Shown here piece after piece: positions 25,241 through 34,078 of a stretch of 46,990 bases of DNA. The notes under the pieces are model-generated. The model saw only the letters and a list, made by a program, of their open reading frames with translations, made no database searches and was not told the origin of the DNA. Numbering within the stretch: the stretch's first letter is position 1; each line of letters opens with the position of its first letter. The position numbers and the translations under genes are program-made. Source of the DNA: an uncultured Candidatus Saccharibacteria bacterium (GTDB taxonomy: Bacteria > Patescibacteriota > Minisyncoccia > UBA6257 > GWB1-50-10); contig CAYISA010000006.1 in assembly GCA_964365955.1 (NCBI GenBank), positions 1 through 46,990 of the forward strand, written 5' to 3'.

Positions 25241-25465
25241 TCAATCCTGCGGACTACCCTTGGGATTCATTTTCCTCATCTGATTTTTTGGAGAAGATTC
25301 ATCCGATAGAGAAATACGTCCTTGCTTGTTAGACGTGTCTCCCCCCGCTTTTTTTCTCCAAATAAGCGGAAGGAGATAAAAAGAGAAAAGGTAGAGCGCG
25401 AGCAAAATCACGAAGAACCACACAAAACGAGCTGGGCCTGACAGAAAACAAATTAAGCTGGACAT
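25241..25465 (-). CDS. small membrane protein, hypothetical (74 aa)
   Basis: GGAGG Shine-Dalgarno 4 nt upstream of the ATG. Hydrophobic N-terminal half (FVWFFVILLALYLFSFYLLPLIW) and a charged tail. Confidence 0.55.
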   Translation of the reverse strand: MSSLICFLSGPARFVWFFVILLALYLFSFYLLPLIWRKKAGGDTSNKQGRISLSDESSPKNQMRKMNPKGSPQD

Positions 25466-25483
25466 AATTCCTCCAATGAATTC

Positions 25484-25529
25484 ACAAAAAAGCTAAATTT
25501 AGCTTAATCCTGTTCTTTAAAGTTGTCAA
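25484..25529 (-). promoter_or_regulatory. perfect 16-nt palindrome plus T6 (uvrA terminator) overlapping a TTGACA-17-TAAGCT promoter for the 74-aa ORF
   Basis: AAGCTAAATTTAGCTT at 25490-25505. On the minus strand it is followed by TTTTTT. TTGACA is at 25529-25524 and TAAGCT at 25506-25501. Confidence 0.4.
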
Positions 25530-25536
25530 CGAAAAG

Positions 25537-28044
25537 TTATAAAACCTTCTTTAAATATGCCCCTGTAGCGCTCCGCGCTTTGCGGACGATATCTTCCGGC
25601 GTACCCGCGCCAATCACCTCACCGCCCTTGTCCCCGCCATCGGGGCCTAGATCGATTACCCAGTCCGCTGTTTTAATGACATCCAGATTATGTTCGATGA
25701 CGACAACTGTATTCCCACGCTCCACCAGTCGCTGAAGCACATCAATAAGCTTCTGCACATCCGCAAAGTGAAGTCCAGTGGTCGGCTCATCCAACAAGTA
25801 AAGCGTCTTGCGCGTATCGCGTTTCCCCAATTCCGCCGAGAGTTTGATGCGTTGCGCTTCCCCGCCGGAAAGCGCCGTGGCGGACTGCCCGAGTGTCAGA
25901 TATCCCAAACCTACCTCATCCAAAATCTTCAACCGATCATAGAGCCACGGAATTTCACGGAAAAATTCAACCGCCTCTTCGATCGTCATCCGTAAAACTT
26001 CGTAAATGTTTTTGCCTTTGTAATCCACTTCCAGAGTTTCGCGGTCAAAACGTTTCCCTTTGCAAATATCACAGGTCACGTACACAGTCGGTAAAAAATG
26101 CATCTCAATCGCAATCATTCCATGTCCTTCGCAGTTTTCGCAGCGTCCACCACGAACATTAAAACTGAACCGGCCCGGCTTGTATCCGCGTACGCGAGCA
26201 TCTTCGGTTGCCGCAAACAAATCACGGATATACCCCCACGCACCAACATAGGTTGCGGGATTGGAACGCGGCGTTCGACCGATTGCGGACTGGTCGATGT
26301 TGATAACGCGATTGATATACTCCAGCCCCAAAATCGCTTTATGGGCACCCACTTTATACAAAGCACCGTTGAATTTATTCGCGAGCATTTTATAAAGAAC
26401 GTCATAGATAAGTGTACTTTTCCCAGAACCGGATACACCCGTAATGGCGGTAAAGCGGCGCAGAGGAATATCCACATCGATATTCTGAAGATTATTCGCG
26501 GTAAGCCCGCGCAACTTTATATGCTCATGGTCGCGACTGACTTTCCGTCGCGTCTCCGGAACCGGGATAAATTCTTCCCCACGCAGATAATCGAGCGTCA
26601 GTGATTTTATTTTGGTGTTTTTTAAGATCTCCGGAATCGGCCCCTCCGCCACAATATGCCCACCGTGAATTCCTGCGCCCGGACCGATGTCCACTAGATA
26701 ATCGCTTTCGCGAATGGTTTCTTCGTCGTGTTCCACCACCAAAACCGTATTGCCTAAATCCCGAAGTTCTTTCAGCGTTTGAATGAGTTTTGCGTTGTCA
26801 CGTTGATGAAGTCCAATAGTGGGCTCGTCCAAAACATAGAGCGTCCCCGTAAGCCGCGAACCGATCTGCGAGGCAAGGCGGATGCGCTGTGCCTCTCCGC
26901 CCGACAATGTTCCCGCCCGGCGCTCGAGCGTCAGATAATCCAGTCCCACGTCCAGCATAAATTTGAGCCGACTTTTTATCTCGCGAAAGGGGGCTTCGGC
27001 GATTTCCTTGCTTTGTTTCGAAAGCGCTACTGCACCGAAAAATTTGATTGCCTCCGCGATAGATAGTGCCGTTACCGAAGCGATATTTTTCCCGGCAATC
27101 AGAACGCTTAATGCTTCCTCCTTGAGGCGTTTTCCGGCGCATGCACCGCAAATTTTTTCGGAAAAAATAGTTTCTACACCGAGCCCATTGCATGCGGGGC
27201 ACATTCCAAATGGACTATTGAACGAAAAGAGTCGCGGTTCGATCTCGGGAAACGAAAACCCGTCATTCGGGCAGGTGAACTGCGCGGAAAGTGAAACTTC
27301 TTTGTCGGTCAGAATGGTTACTACGTCGTGTCCATACCTCAAGGCCGTTTCAACCGCCTCCGAAAGACGCAAGCGATTTTCCTTATCCTTAAAATCCATC
27401 CGGACCGGAATGCGATCCACCACCAAATCAATCGTGTGCTGTTTATAACGGGAAATCTCCATACGATCGCGCAACGAATAATAGATGCCGTCCACGCGTA
27501 CTTCCGAAAAACCGGAATTCAGAAAATCGTAAAGTAACTGATAGTATTCCCCTTTCCGCCCGCGCACGACCGGCGCTAAAATCACCAAATTTTTGTCGTT
27601 TGTGCTTTCTCCCGCAAGTTCGGCGACCAAATCCACGATTTCCTCATTGGTTCGTTTTTGTATCTCACGTCCGCATCTCGGGCAGTGGGGTTTGCCGATG
27701 CGTGCAAACAGAACACGAAGATAGTCGTAAATTTCGGTGATAGTCGCCACCGTAGAGCGCGGATTTGCGGAGTGGCTTTTTTGATCTATGGAAATCGCGG
27801 GCGATAATCCCTCGATCTCATCCACGTCCGGTTTATCGAAACGGCCTAAAAACTGCCGCGCATAGGCGGAGAGCGACTCGATATAGCGGCGTTGCCCTTC
27901 CGCAAAAATAGTATCGAACGCGAGCGACGACTTACCGGACCCCGAAAGGCCGGTAAAGACCGTCATTTTCCCTCGCGGAATGGAAAGGGAAATATTTTTC
28001 AGGTTGTGCTCCCGAGCGCCTTTTATGATTATTTTATCTTGCAT
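25537..28044 (-). CDS. uvrA: excinuclease ABC subunit A, short form (835 aa)
   Basis: Two ABC ATPase modules (GLSGSGKSSLAF..., [12 protein letters not shown]...), signature LSGGEAQR twice, and Zn modules. Only about 13 residues separate CPACNGLG from CGACAGKRL. Confidence 0.92.
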   Translation of the reverse strand: MQDKIIIKGAREHNLKNISLSIPRGKMTVFTGLSGSGKSSLAFDTIFAEGQRRYIESLSAYARQFLGRFDKPDVDEIEGLSPAISIDQKSHSANPRSTVATITEIYDYLRVLFARIGKPHCPRCGREIQKRTNEEIVDLVAELAGESTNDKNLVILAPVVRGRKGEYYQLLYDFLNSGFSEVRVDGIYYSLRDRMEISRYKQHTIDLVVDRIPVRMDFKDKENRLRLSEAVETALRYGHDVVTILTDKEVSLSAQFTCPNDGFSFPEIEPRLFSFNSPFGMCPACNGLGVETIFSEKICGACAGKRLKEEALSVLIAGKNIASVTALSIAEAIKFFGAVALSKQSKEIAEAPFREIKSRLKFMLDVGLDYLTLERRAGTLSGGEAQRIRLASQIGSRLTGTLYVLDEPTIGLHQRDNAKLIQTLKELRDLGNTVLVVEHDEETIRESDYLVDIGPGAGIHGGHIVAEGPIPEILKNTKIKSLTLDYLRGEEFIPVPETRRKVSRDHEHIKLRGLTANNLQNIDVDIPLRRFTAITGVSGSGKSTLIYDVLYKMLANKFNGALYKVGAHKAILGLEYINRVINIDQSAIGRTPRSNPATYVGAWGYIRDLFAATEDARVRGYKPGRFSFNVRGGRCENCEGHGMIAIEMHFLPTVYVTCDICKGKRFDRETLEVDYKGKNIYEVLRMTIEEAVEFFREIPWLYDRLKILDEVGLGYLTLGQSATALSGGEAQRIKLSAELGKRDTRKTLYLLDEPTTGLHFADVQKLIDVLQRLVERGNTVVVIEHNLDVIKTADWVIDLGPDGGDKGGEVIGAGTPEDIVRKARSATGAYLKKVL

Positions 28045-28058
28045 ACTATTTATTTTGC

Positions 28059-28080
28059 CCGTCCTGAGCCCGTCGAAGGA
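28059..28080. repeat. CCGTCCTGA-N5-TCGAAGGA motif, copy 1 (uvrA leader)
   Basis: The same 9+8 nt with identical spacing recurs at 31926-31947. A looser relative is at 5701-5720 (CCGTCCCGACGCTCGAAGAG). Confidence 0.6.
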
Positions 28081-28132
28081 TCCTGCATAACAGCAATGCC
28101 CCGAGGTTCAAATCCCTGGGGGTATGTATCCA

Positions 28133-28161
28133 ACATTAGGGAAAGTGGGCGTGTTAGTCAA
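28133..28161 (-). promoter_or_regulatory. sigma70-type promoter for uvrA
   Basis: The minus strand reads TTGACT (28161-28156), 17 nt, TAATGT (28138-28133). This implies a leader of about 80 nt. Confidence 0.45.
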
Positions 28162-28212
28162 ATATCATAACCCAAAACATCAACCCGTCCATATCAAAAA
28201 TTACCGCTTTGA

Positions 28213-28731
28213 TCATTTCACTACCGCGTAATGGAGTTGAATTGTGTCCGCGTTGAGCATGCGCGAACCGAGTAATTTTAATTCGAATTCAAAATCCGAA
28301 TCGGCAAAAACTTTTATTCCCCGACCAAAAACGAGCGGCTCTACATCGAGATATATTTCATTAATCAGCCCATCTTTCATAAAAGAGCTATTTAATTCCC
28401 CGCCTCCCGCAAGAAAAGCAGATTCAAATCCTTTTGCTTCCAACATTTTTAAAATCTCACAAGGAGCACGATCTGTAAAAAGCACTCTCTTTTCTCCCCA
28501 CGTGTTTTTGATTTTTTCTTTTGTTGCAACAACATTAAGTGCGCCAGAAAAGGGAAAATAACCGTATTTTGATGCCTCGCGAAACGTATTTTTACCCATA
28601 ATAATATTCCCAACTTTTTTACTCTGCTCAAAGAAACCTTGGATGTCTTCCTCGGACGTCCATTCGGAATTACCGTCGCTTTTGGCAATATAACCGTTAA
28701 TAGAAATTCCCATGTATAAAACGACCTTCAT
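28213..28731 (-). CDS. dihydrofolate reductase family protein (RibD C-terminal-like)
   Basis: 172 aa. ...YMGISINGYIA...GNIIMGKNTF...AFLAGGGELNSSFMKDGLINEIYLDVEPLVFG... pattern. Visibly AT-richer than its neighbours. Confidence 0.65.
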   Translation of the reverse strand: MKVVLYMGISINGYIAKSDGNSEWTSEEDIQGFFEQSKKVGNIIMGKNTFREASKYGYFPFSGALNVVATKEKIKNTWGEKRVLFTDRAPCEILKMLEAKGFESAFLAGGGELNSSFMKDGLINEIYLDVEPLVFGRGIKVFADSDFEFELKLLGSRMLNADTIQLHYAVVK

Positions 28732-28772
28732 TGTGATTGAGACATATCGTTTATTTTAACTAATAATATTGA

Positions 28773-29777
28773 TTATTTATCGGTTAACTCCAATAAAACT
28801 TTTGCAGCATTCCACATTTCCGACTCCCCTTTCATTTTCAAATCATACCACCACTCGGCGCCCCACAGATAGAAAGTGTCGAGGCCCGTCCGTTCCGCAT
28901 AATCGATAACACTCCGAAACTGCTCGGGAGTCATCGTTTTAACTTGTTCTTCGCGCGACAAAAAATATAAAAGTGTTTGCCCCCACGGTTCGGCCTGAAG
29001 TTCTCCGTTAATTACTTTTTTACCGAATAATATATCCACCAACCACGCCTTCCGTCCGTAAAAAATCGCCGGAATGGGATAGGTCACATAGCGATTGAGC
29101 GGCTCAAACCATAATTTTCGGTAAAGCGTCGTTCCTACAATATCGCCCAACTGTGCCGCTTTCCACCATAACGATCCTTCGCCGGAATCCGTAATGACGA
29201 CCGGATGCACGGGATCCAGTTGTTTTACGAGTGCAATTTCACGCTTGAAAAATGCCTCGTCATACCACGGGCAATCACCGAACACGAACATTGCCTCATT
29301 TTCCACCTGCCATGCCAATAGTGCCTTTGAATTTTTATACCGCTCCACGGTTGTGGAGAGTAATTTTAGAATCTGTTCCTGCTGGACGGTTTTGTCCATC
29401 GATTTCGCCCACTCCGGCAGATGACATTCCGGCCAGCGGCCTGTTTTCATCCCAATGACCACGATTGCATCCGCTTTATTTTTTTCGGTCTCCGAAAGTT
29501 GAAAATCCAAATCGTCAAAAAAAAATGAGTCTGCTTTCGGCTCCAAATTTTTCCATGCCGCGAGAATTTTCACGTGCTTCACCTTTAAATCTTCAAAAAG
29601 CCCCGCATACGCTGCGCGCCAGTCCAGTCCAAACCCTTCCGCATGTTCCTTGGAAAAATTAACGCCCCACGTTATTTTAGCGGGTATGGGAGCGCGACCG
29701 ACAAAAAAGAAGGAAAAAGGTAGAACCAATAGGATACCGAGTGTGATGCCTATTTTTTTCAGTATAGTTTTCATCAC
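28773..29777 (-). CDS. membrane-anchored or secreted TIM-barrel glycoside hydrolase (clan GH-A-like)
   Basis: 334 aa. N-terminal signal/anchor, WQVENE acid/base-type motif and a later ...LQAEPWG... candidate nucleophile. The exact GH family cannot be set by eye. Confidence 0.5.
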   Translation of the reverse strand: MMKTILKKIGITLGILLVLPFSFFFVGRAPIPAKITWGVNFSKEHAEGFGLDWRAAYAGLFEDLKVKHVKILAAWKNLEPKADSFFFDDLDFQLSETEKNKADAIVVIGMKTGRWPECHLPEWAKSMDKTVQQEQILKLLSTTVERYKNSKALLAWQVENEAMFVFGDCPWYDEAFFKREIALVKQLDPVHPVVITDSGEGSLWWKAAQLGDIVGTTLYRKLWFEPLNRYVTYPIPAIFYGRKAWLVDILFGKKVINGELQAEPWGQTLLYFLSREEQVKTMTPEQFRSVIDYAERTGLDTFYLWGAEWWYDLKMKGESEMWNAAKVLLELTDK

Positions 29778-30700
29778 GATGTTCCTCCCGATTTGAACGC
29801 AAGAATCGCCACACCGACGACAATCAGAACTATACCTATTATTTTATTGACCGTGATCTTTTCGCGAAACGCTCCCGCAAGGTATTTTGAGAATAAATAT
29901 CCCAGGATCACGATAAATGCGTACTGGACTCCCTGAAGCGCATTTACAAACGCTGAGTATCTGGGTGGTGCGACATAAATCGCTGCACTCTGAAGAAGTG
30001 ACGCGCCGGCGCTCAACCCCTGAACACCAAAAAACAGGAACGGGGCCCGTGACCTCTGCGCTTTTTCGTTTTTCTTTCCGAAAAAGGATCTTATATCTCC
30101 ACGTACGACGGGAGATAACATCCAAATGACCACGGCGCACGCGATTGAGCCAAGTTGATACCAAAGCAGCCCGCCCCAAAACGACATCAGAGAATAAGCG
30201 ACTTTAAGCAACGCAAATGATCCCCCGAAAAAAAGTGATGCAAGAAACGCCCGCAAAAGCACCGCCCCGGAAAAGGTTATGCCTTTCTCCTTGCTCAAAA
30301 GCACCAAGCCAAAAACAAGCGTTACGAATGCAACGCCCGTCAGAATATCAATCGAACGTGCTTCTGGGAGCATCAAAAAAACGAATAAAAACGTGGCAAT
30401 CGGGACCAGTCCACCCGTCGCCGGCACAATACGCGAGACTTCAAAATCCCGGATCCCCCGGTAATAGGGAATTAGTGCAATAATAAAACTCGCGCCCGCG
30501 ATCATAGCAATCCACCACGCTCCCTGTGGAACGGGAAAACCCAAAAACGGTATCCCTAATAGCAATAAAGTGCCCAATAACCCGACAGACGTCGCGTACG
30601 TTTCCGGCGTTTTTAGAGGTCCCACCAAAAGTGCTTTGTCCCCCATCGCGACGATGGCAAACAAAAGATACGCTCCGATTGCAAAAAAAAGCCAGGTCAT
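29774..30700 (-). CDS. DMT/EamA-like 10-TM transporter
   Basis: 308 aa with two similar five-helix halves. 4-nt overlap (ATGA) with the downstream hydrolase gene. Confidence 0.6.
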   Translation of the reverse strand: MTWLFFAIGAYLLFAIVAMGDKALLVGPLKTPETYATSVGLLGTLLLLGIPFLGFPVPQGAWWIAMIAGASFIIALIPYYRGIRDFEVSRIVPATGGLVPIATFLFVFLMLPEARSIDILTGVAFVTLVFGLVLLSKEKGITFSGAVLLRAFLASLFFGGSFALLKVAYSLMSFWGGLLWYQLGSIACAVVIWMLSPVVRGDIRSFFGKKNEKAQRSRAPFLFFGVQGLSAGASLLQSAAIYVAPPRYSAFVNALQGVQYAFIVILGYLFSKYLAGAFREKITVNKIIGIVLIVVGVAILAFKSGGTS

Positions 30701-30703
30701 GCG

Positions 30704-31903
30704 TTAATGGGATTCCACATACTCCATAATATTTTTCGCTCCGTTCCGTTCCATTTTTTCAAATCCCGCTTTCGCGGCCCGCGAAAAACTTCCGCTGTCG
30801 AGCTGCTTCAGGAACCACTCTTTAATAGTATAACCTCCCGGCTGATCCATGCCTGACCCCAGTTTTAAAAGCCACTCGCGGTTGCGGATTTCTTGCGCCC
30901 CAATGGGAGACGTCATAACAATCGGCAGCCCAAGCGCGGCATAAAAGGAAAGTTCCGATGGTTTCGTCCATAAAATATCCGTTCTTCGCAATAAATCGTT
31001 GAGCGTCGAAAAGAAATTCATGCTGTGGTCAGCGCGCACGACCGCCACCCGCGCTGACGTCAATCCTTCGTGGTCGCGCAACCGTTCAAACTTTCGCGCG
31101 ACATCTTCGCGTTTCCCCGCGATTAAATTCACCGCTACGCGACCTTCGCGGATCAACGGTGCAAAACATTCGATCAGTTCTTCTCCGGTCTCCACCTGCG
31201 CCCCCGCCCCACCTACGACAAAGGTAATAGTAATCGGATGCCCGTTTATTTCCGTGAAACGCGTCATGCGAGATTTGAAATCAGTTTCCGCGTTTTCAGT
31301 AAGGAGCACGGGAAGAGGAAACCCGCTGATGACGATACGTTTCGACGGCACCCCGTACTTTTCAAGATGCCGTGCCGCATACCCTGTGGACGCAAAATAA
31401 ATAAAACGATTAACCAACGGATTTTGAGAAACCCATGCGCGGGAAATATCAGAATCTGTCGTCACAACATACGTCTGTCCCGGATATTTCCAAACATCCG
31501 CCATATGCGCCACGGTAAAAAAAGTGGCCACAAGCGGCGCAGGATTTTTAGAGAGTTTTTGAATCAAATGTCTGCCGAACCCCGAACGAACGTACCGGTA
31601 AATCTGACGCAATTGAAACGTTGTTTTTCGTTCATCGCGCGGATCGTCAATATCATGAATCGCCTGAAAACGGTCAAAAATCCGGAACAGTCCTTCGCCG
31701 ACAGACCCTCCACGTTCCTTTATGCGTGAAATCGCATAATAACCGGACTCCATGCTTTTCCATCGCTTTCTGTCCGCTTCCGGAATCCCATTATAATCGT
31801 TCGCGATAATAATTTGGCCGTCGAACGCAATCGGAAGAAGCGGCAATGCTGCGCGCTCGTGTCCATAGCCCATATTCACCGTCACCACCCACGCTTTTTT
31901 CAC
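30704..31903 (-). CDS. GT-B glycosyltransferase, MGDG-synthase/UgtP-like (GT28-like)
   Basis: 399 aa with a GTG start. N-terminal NMGYGHERAA motif and C-terminal ...DILWTKPSELSFYAALGLPIVM...GAQEIRNREWL... nucleotide-sugar binding pattern. Confidence 0.5.
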   Translation of the reverse strand: MKKAWVVTVNMGYGHERAALPLLPIAFDGQIIIANDYNGIPEADRKRWKSMESGYYAISRIKERGGSVGEGLFRIFDRFQAIHDIDDPRDERKTTFQLRQIYRYVRSGFGRHLIQKLSKNPAPLVATFFTVAHMADVWKYPGQTYVVTTDSDISRAWVSQNPLVNRFIYFASTGYAARHLEKYGVPSKRIVISGFPLPVLLTENAETDFKSRMTRFTEINGHPITITFVVGGAGAQVETGEELIECFAPLIREGRVAVNLIAGKREDVARKFERLRDHEGLTSARVAVVRADHSMNFFSTLNDLLRRTDILWTKPSELSFYAALGLPIVMTSPIGAQEIRNREWLLKLGSGMDQPGGYTIKEWFLKQLDSGSFSRAAKAGFEKMERNGAKNIMEYVESH

Positions 31904-31925
31904 TTGCTTTCATTATAGCCAAAAA

Positions 31926-31955
31926 CCGTCCTGAATGTATCGAAGGACGGATTTT
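31926..31955 (-). terminator. intrinsic terminator of uvrB; also copy 2 of the CCGTCCTGA-N5-TCGAAGGA motif
   Basis: CCGTCCT / AGGACGG 7-bp stem with an 11-nt loop. On the minus strand it is followed by TTTTT. A TATAAT for the downstream glycosyltransferase gene follows. Confidence 0.6.
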
Positions 31956-33966
31956 ATTTTTCTTTCGGAATCTCCTTTTTCGGCTTCCCTTTCCGTAACA
32001 GGTTTATTTCATCCCTTAAAATAGCCGCCAATTCAAAATCCAAACGAGCCGCCGCGTCGCGCATTTCGCGCTCTTTGATTTTCAGTAAATCGCTCAAAGC
32101 CTTTTTCGATTTCGGAATTGGTTTTATTTCAAGCGATAAAATTTCCTCAACCGGCAAAATATCCTGAATCGCCCTTTCGATCGTTTTCGGAGTGATGTGA
32201 TGCTTTTTGTTGTACTCCAGCTGGATCGTGCGCCGCTGGTTCGTCACATCAATCGCGCGCTTCACAGAACCTGTCTCTGTATCCGCGTACAAAACCACCT
32301 CTCCGAATACATTGCGCGCCGCACGGCCGATCGTCTGTACCAACGATGTCTCACTGCGCAAAAATCCTTCTTTGTCGGCGTCCAGTATCGCCACCAGGGA
32401 TACCTCCGGCAGATCTAGTCCTTCGCGTAAAAGATTCACGCCGACTAAAACATCAATCGTGCCTTTGCGGAGGTTTGTGAGAATACGAATTCGATCCATG
32501 GTTTTTACATCGCTGTGCAGGTATGCCACTTTCATTTTTGACTCTTCCAAATATGCGGAAAGGTCCTCCGCCATCTTTTTGGTAAGCGTAGTTACTAATA
32601 CGCGCTCTTTCCGCTCCACTCGTTCCTTGATACGGAAAATCAAGTCATCCACCTGCCCGCGTGCCGGACGCACCGTGACTTTCGGATCTACCAATCCCGT
32701 AGGACGAATAATCTGCTCTACAATCTGTTCGCTATGTTTTTTTTCGTAATGGCTCGGCGTTGCGGACGTATAGATGCGCGCACCCACTCTTTCTTCGAAC
32801 TCTTTGAAGCGAAGGGGGCGGTTGTCCGCGGCGGAAGGCAGACGAAAACCGTACTCAATAAGGGTTTTCTTGCGCGACGCGTCGCCCGCATACATCCCTT
32901 CCAGCTGGGGAATGGTGACATGGGACTCGTCAATGACGGTCAAAAAATCTTTGGGGAAATAATCAAGTAAGGTGTCCGGCGGCTCTCCGGCGGTGCGGCC
33001 TGAAAGTGGCTGTGAATAATTTTCAATGCCGTGGCAGTATCCCACCTCACGAATCATCGCCAGGTCAAATCGCGTGCGGCGCTCCAGCCGTTCCGCTTCC
33101 AAATATTTTTTCTCTTGTTCGAATTTGACGAGCTGATGGTTCAGTTCTGTCTCAATCAATTTTACCGCGTGTTCACGGTTCATAAGCGGCGTAATAAAAT
33201 GCTTCGCGGGCGCGATATAAATTTCTTTCAACTTCGGGGTTCTGCCGATTTGGAATCCTTTCACGGGATCGACTTCATAGATCTCCTCGATGATTTTGTT
33301 TTGAATGGAACCCCCCGGACTGTTTTTTAATTTAAAGACATAGATCACTTCCCGATCCGACGGCATAATTTCCCAATTATCGCCTCTCAAACGAAACGTG
33401 CCGCGTTTTAAATTCGAGGTAGTTCTCGCAAACTGCAACTCAATAAGTTTTTTGATGAATGTGCTTCGGTGAATGAAAGTTCCGATTTTGAAATGAAAAA
33501 TATTCTCGGCATAGATTTCCGGCGCTCCCAGGCCGTAAATACACGAAACGGACGCGACCACAATCACGTCTTTGCGCGTTAGGAGCGCGGTCGTGGCCGC
33601 ATGGCGCAGACGGTCGATTTCCTCGTTGATCATCGCCTCCTTGCCGATGTAGGTATCGGTCGTGGGCATATACGCCTCCGGCTGGTAATAGTCGTAATAC
33701 GATACGAAATAATTCACGGAGTTTTTGGGGAACAGTTCGCGGAATTCGTTGCAAAGCTGGGCCGCAAGCGTTTTGTTGTGTGCAATCACCAACGTCGGTT
33801 TTTGCACGCACTCAATCACATTCGCGACCGTGAACGTTTTCCCTGAACCCGTGACGCCCAAAAGCGTCTGATGAGTATATCCTTTGCGGAGGCCCTGGAC
33901 CAACGCTTCAATAGCTTTCGGCTGATCTCCAGCTGGTTTGTTTTTTGAAATCAATTTAAATTCCAT
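31954..33966 (-). CDS. uvrB: excinuclease ABC subunit B
   Basis: 670 aa. GVTGSGKTF Walker A, helicase motifs, beta-hairpin region and C-terminal UVR motif (...RLDFELAAILRDEI...). Confidence 0.93.
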   Translation of the reverse strand: MEFKLISKNKPAGDQPKAIEALVQGLRKGYTHQTLLGVTGSGKTFTVANVIECVQKPTLVIAHNKTLAAQLCNEFRELFPKNSVNYFVSYYDYYQPEAYMPTTDTYIGKEAMINEEIDRLRHAATTALLTRKDVIVVASVSCIYGLGAPEIYAENIFHFKIGTFIHRSTFIKKLIELQFARTTSNLKRGTFRLRGDNWEIMPSDREVIYVFKLKNSPGGSIQNKIIEEIYEVDPVKGFQIGRTPKLKEIYIAPAKHFITPLMNREHAVKLIETELNHQLVKFEQEKKYLEAERLERRTRFDLAMIREVGYCHGIENYSQPLSGRTAGEPPDTLLDYFPKDFLTVIDESHVTIPQLEGMYAGDASRKKTLIEYGFRLPSAADNRPLRFKEFEERVGARIYTSATPSHYEKKHSEQIVEQIIRPTGLVDPKVTVRPARGQVDDLIFRIKERVERKERVLVTTLTKKMAEDLSAYLEESKMKVAYLHSDVKTMDRIRILTNLRKGTIDVLVGVNLLREGLDLPEVSLVAILDADKEGFLRSETSLVQTIGRAARNVFGEVVLYADTETGSVKRAIDVTNQRRTIQLEYNKKHHITPKTIERAIQDILPVEEILSLEIKPIPKSKKALSDLLKIKEREMRDAAARLDFELAAILRDEINLLRKGKPKKEIPKEK

Positions 33967-34078
33967 GGATCATTCAACCTTAAGATGAGTTCGATGCAAA
34001 ATCAAATAGAAAAATTGCGAAAAGAAAACGCACATGCTTTACTGATAATAGTTCTCTACCAACGGATAGGAAAAGGAT

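Noticed and set aside
28099-28122. Possible tRNA gene or tRNA 3' fragment (att-site remnant), because of GGTTCAAATCC.
   Set aside because: No matching 5' acceptor strand, D arm or anticodon arm can be folded upstream. The stem has a mismatch, and no integrase or mobile-element gene is nearby. It is kept only as a hairpin within the uvrA leader.
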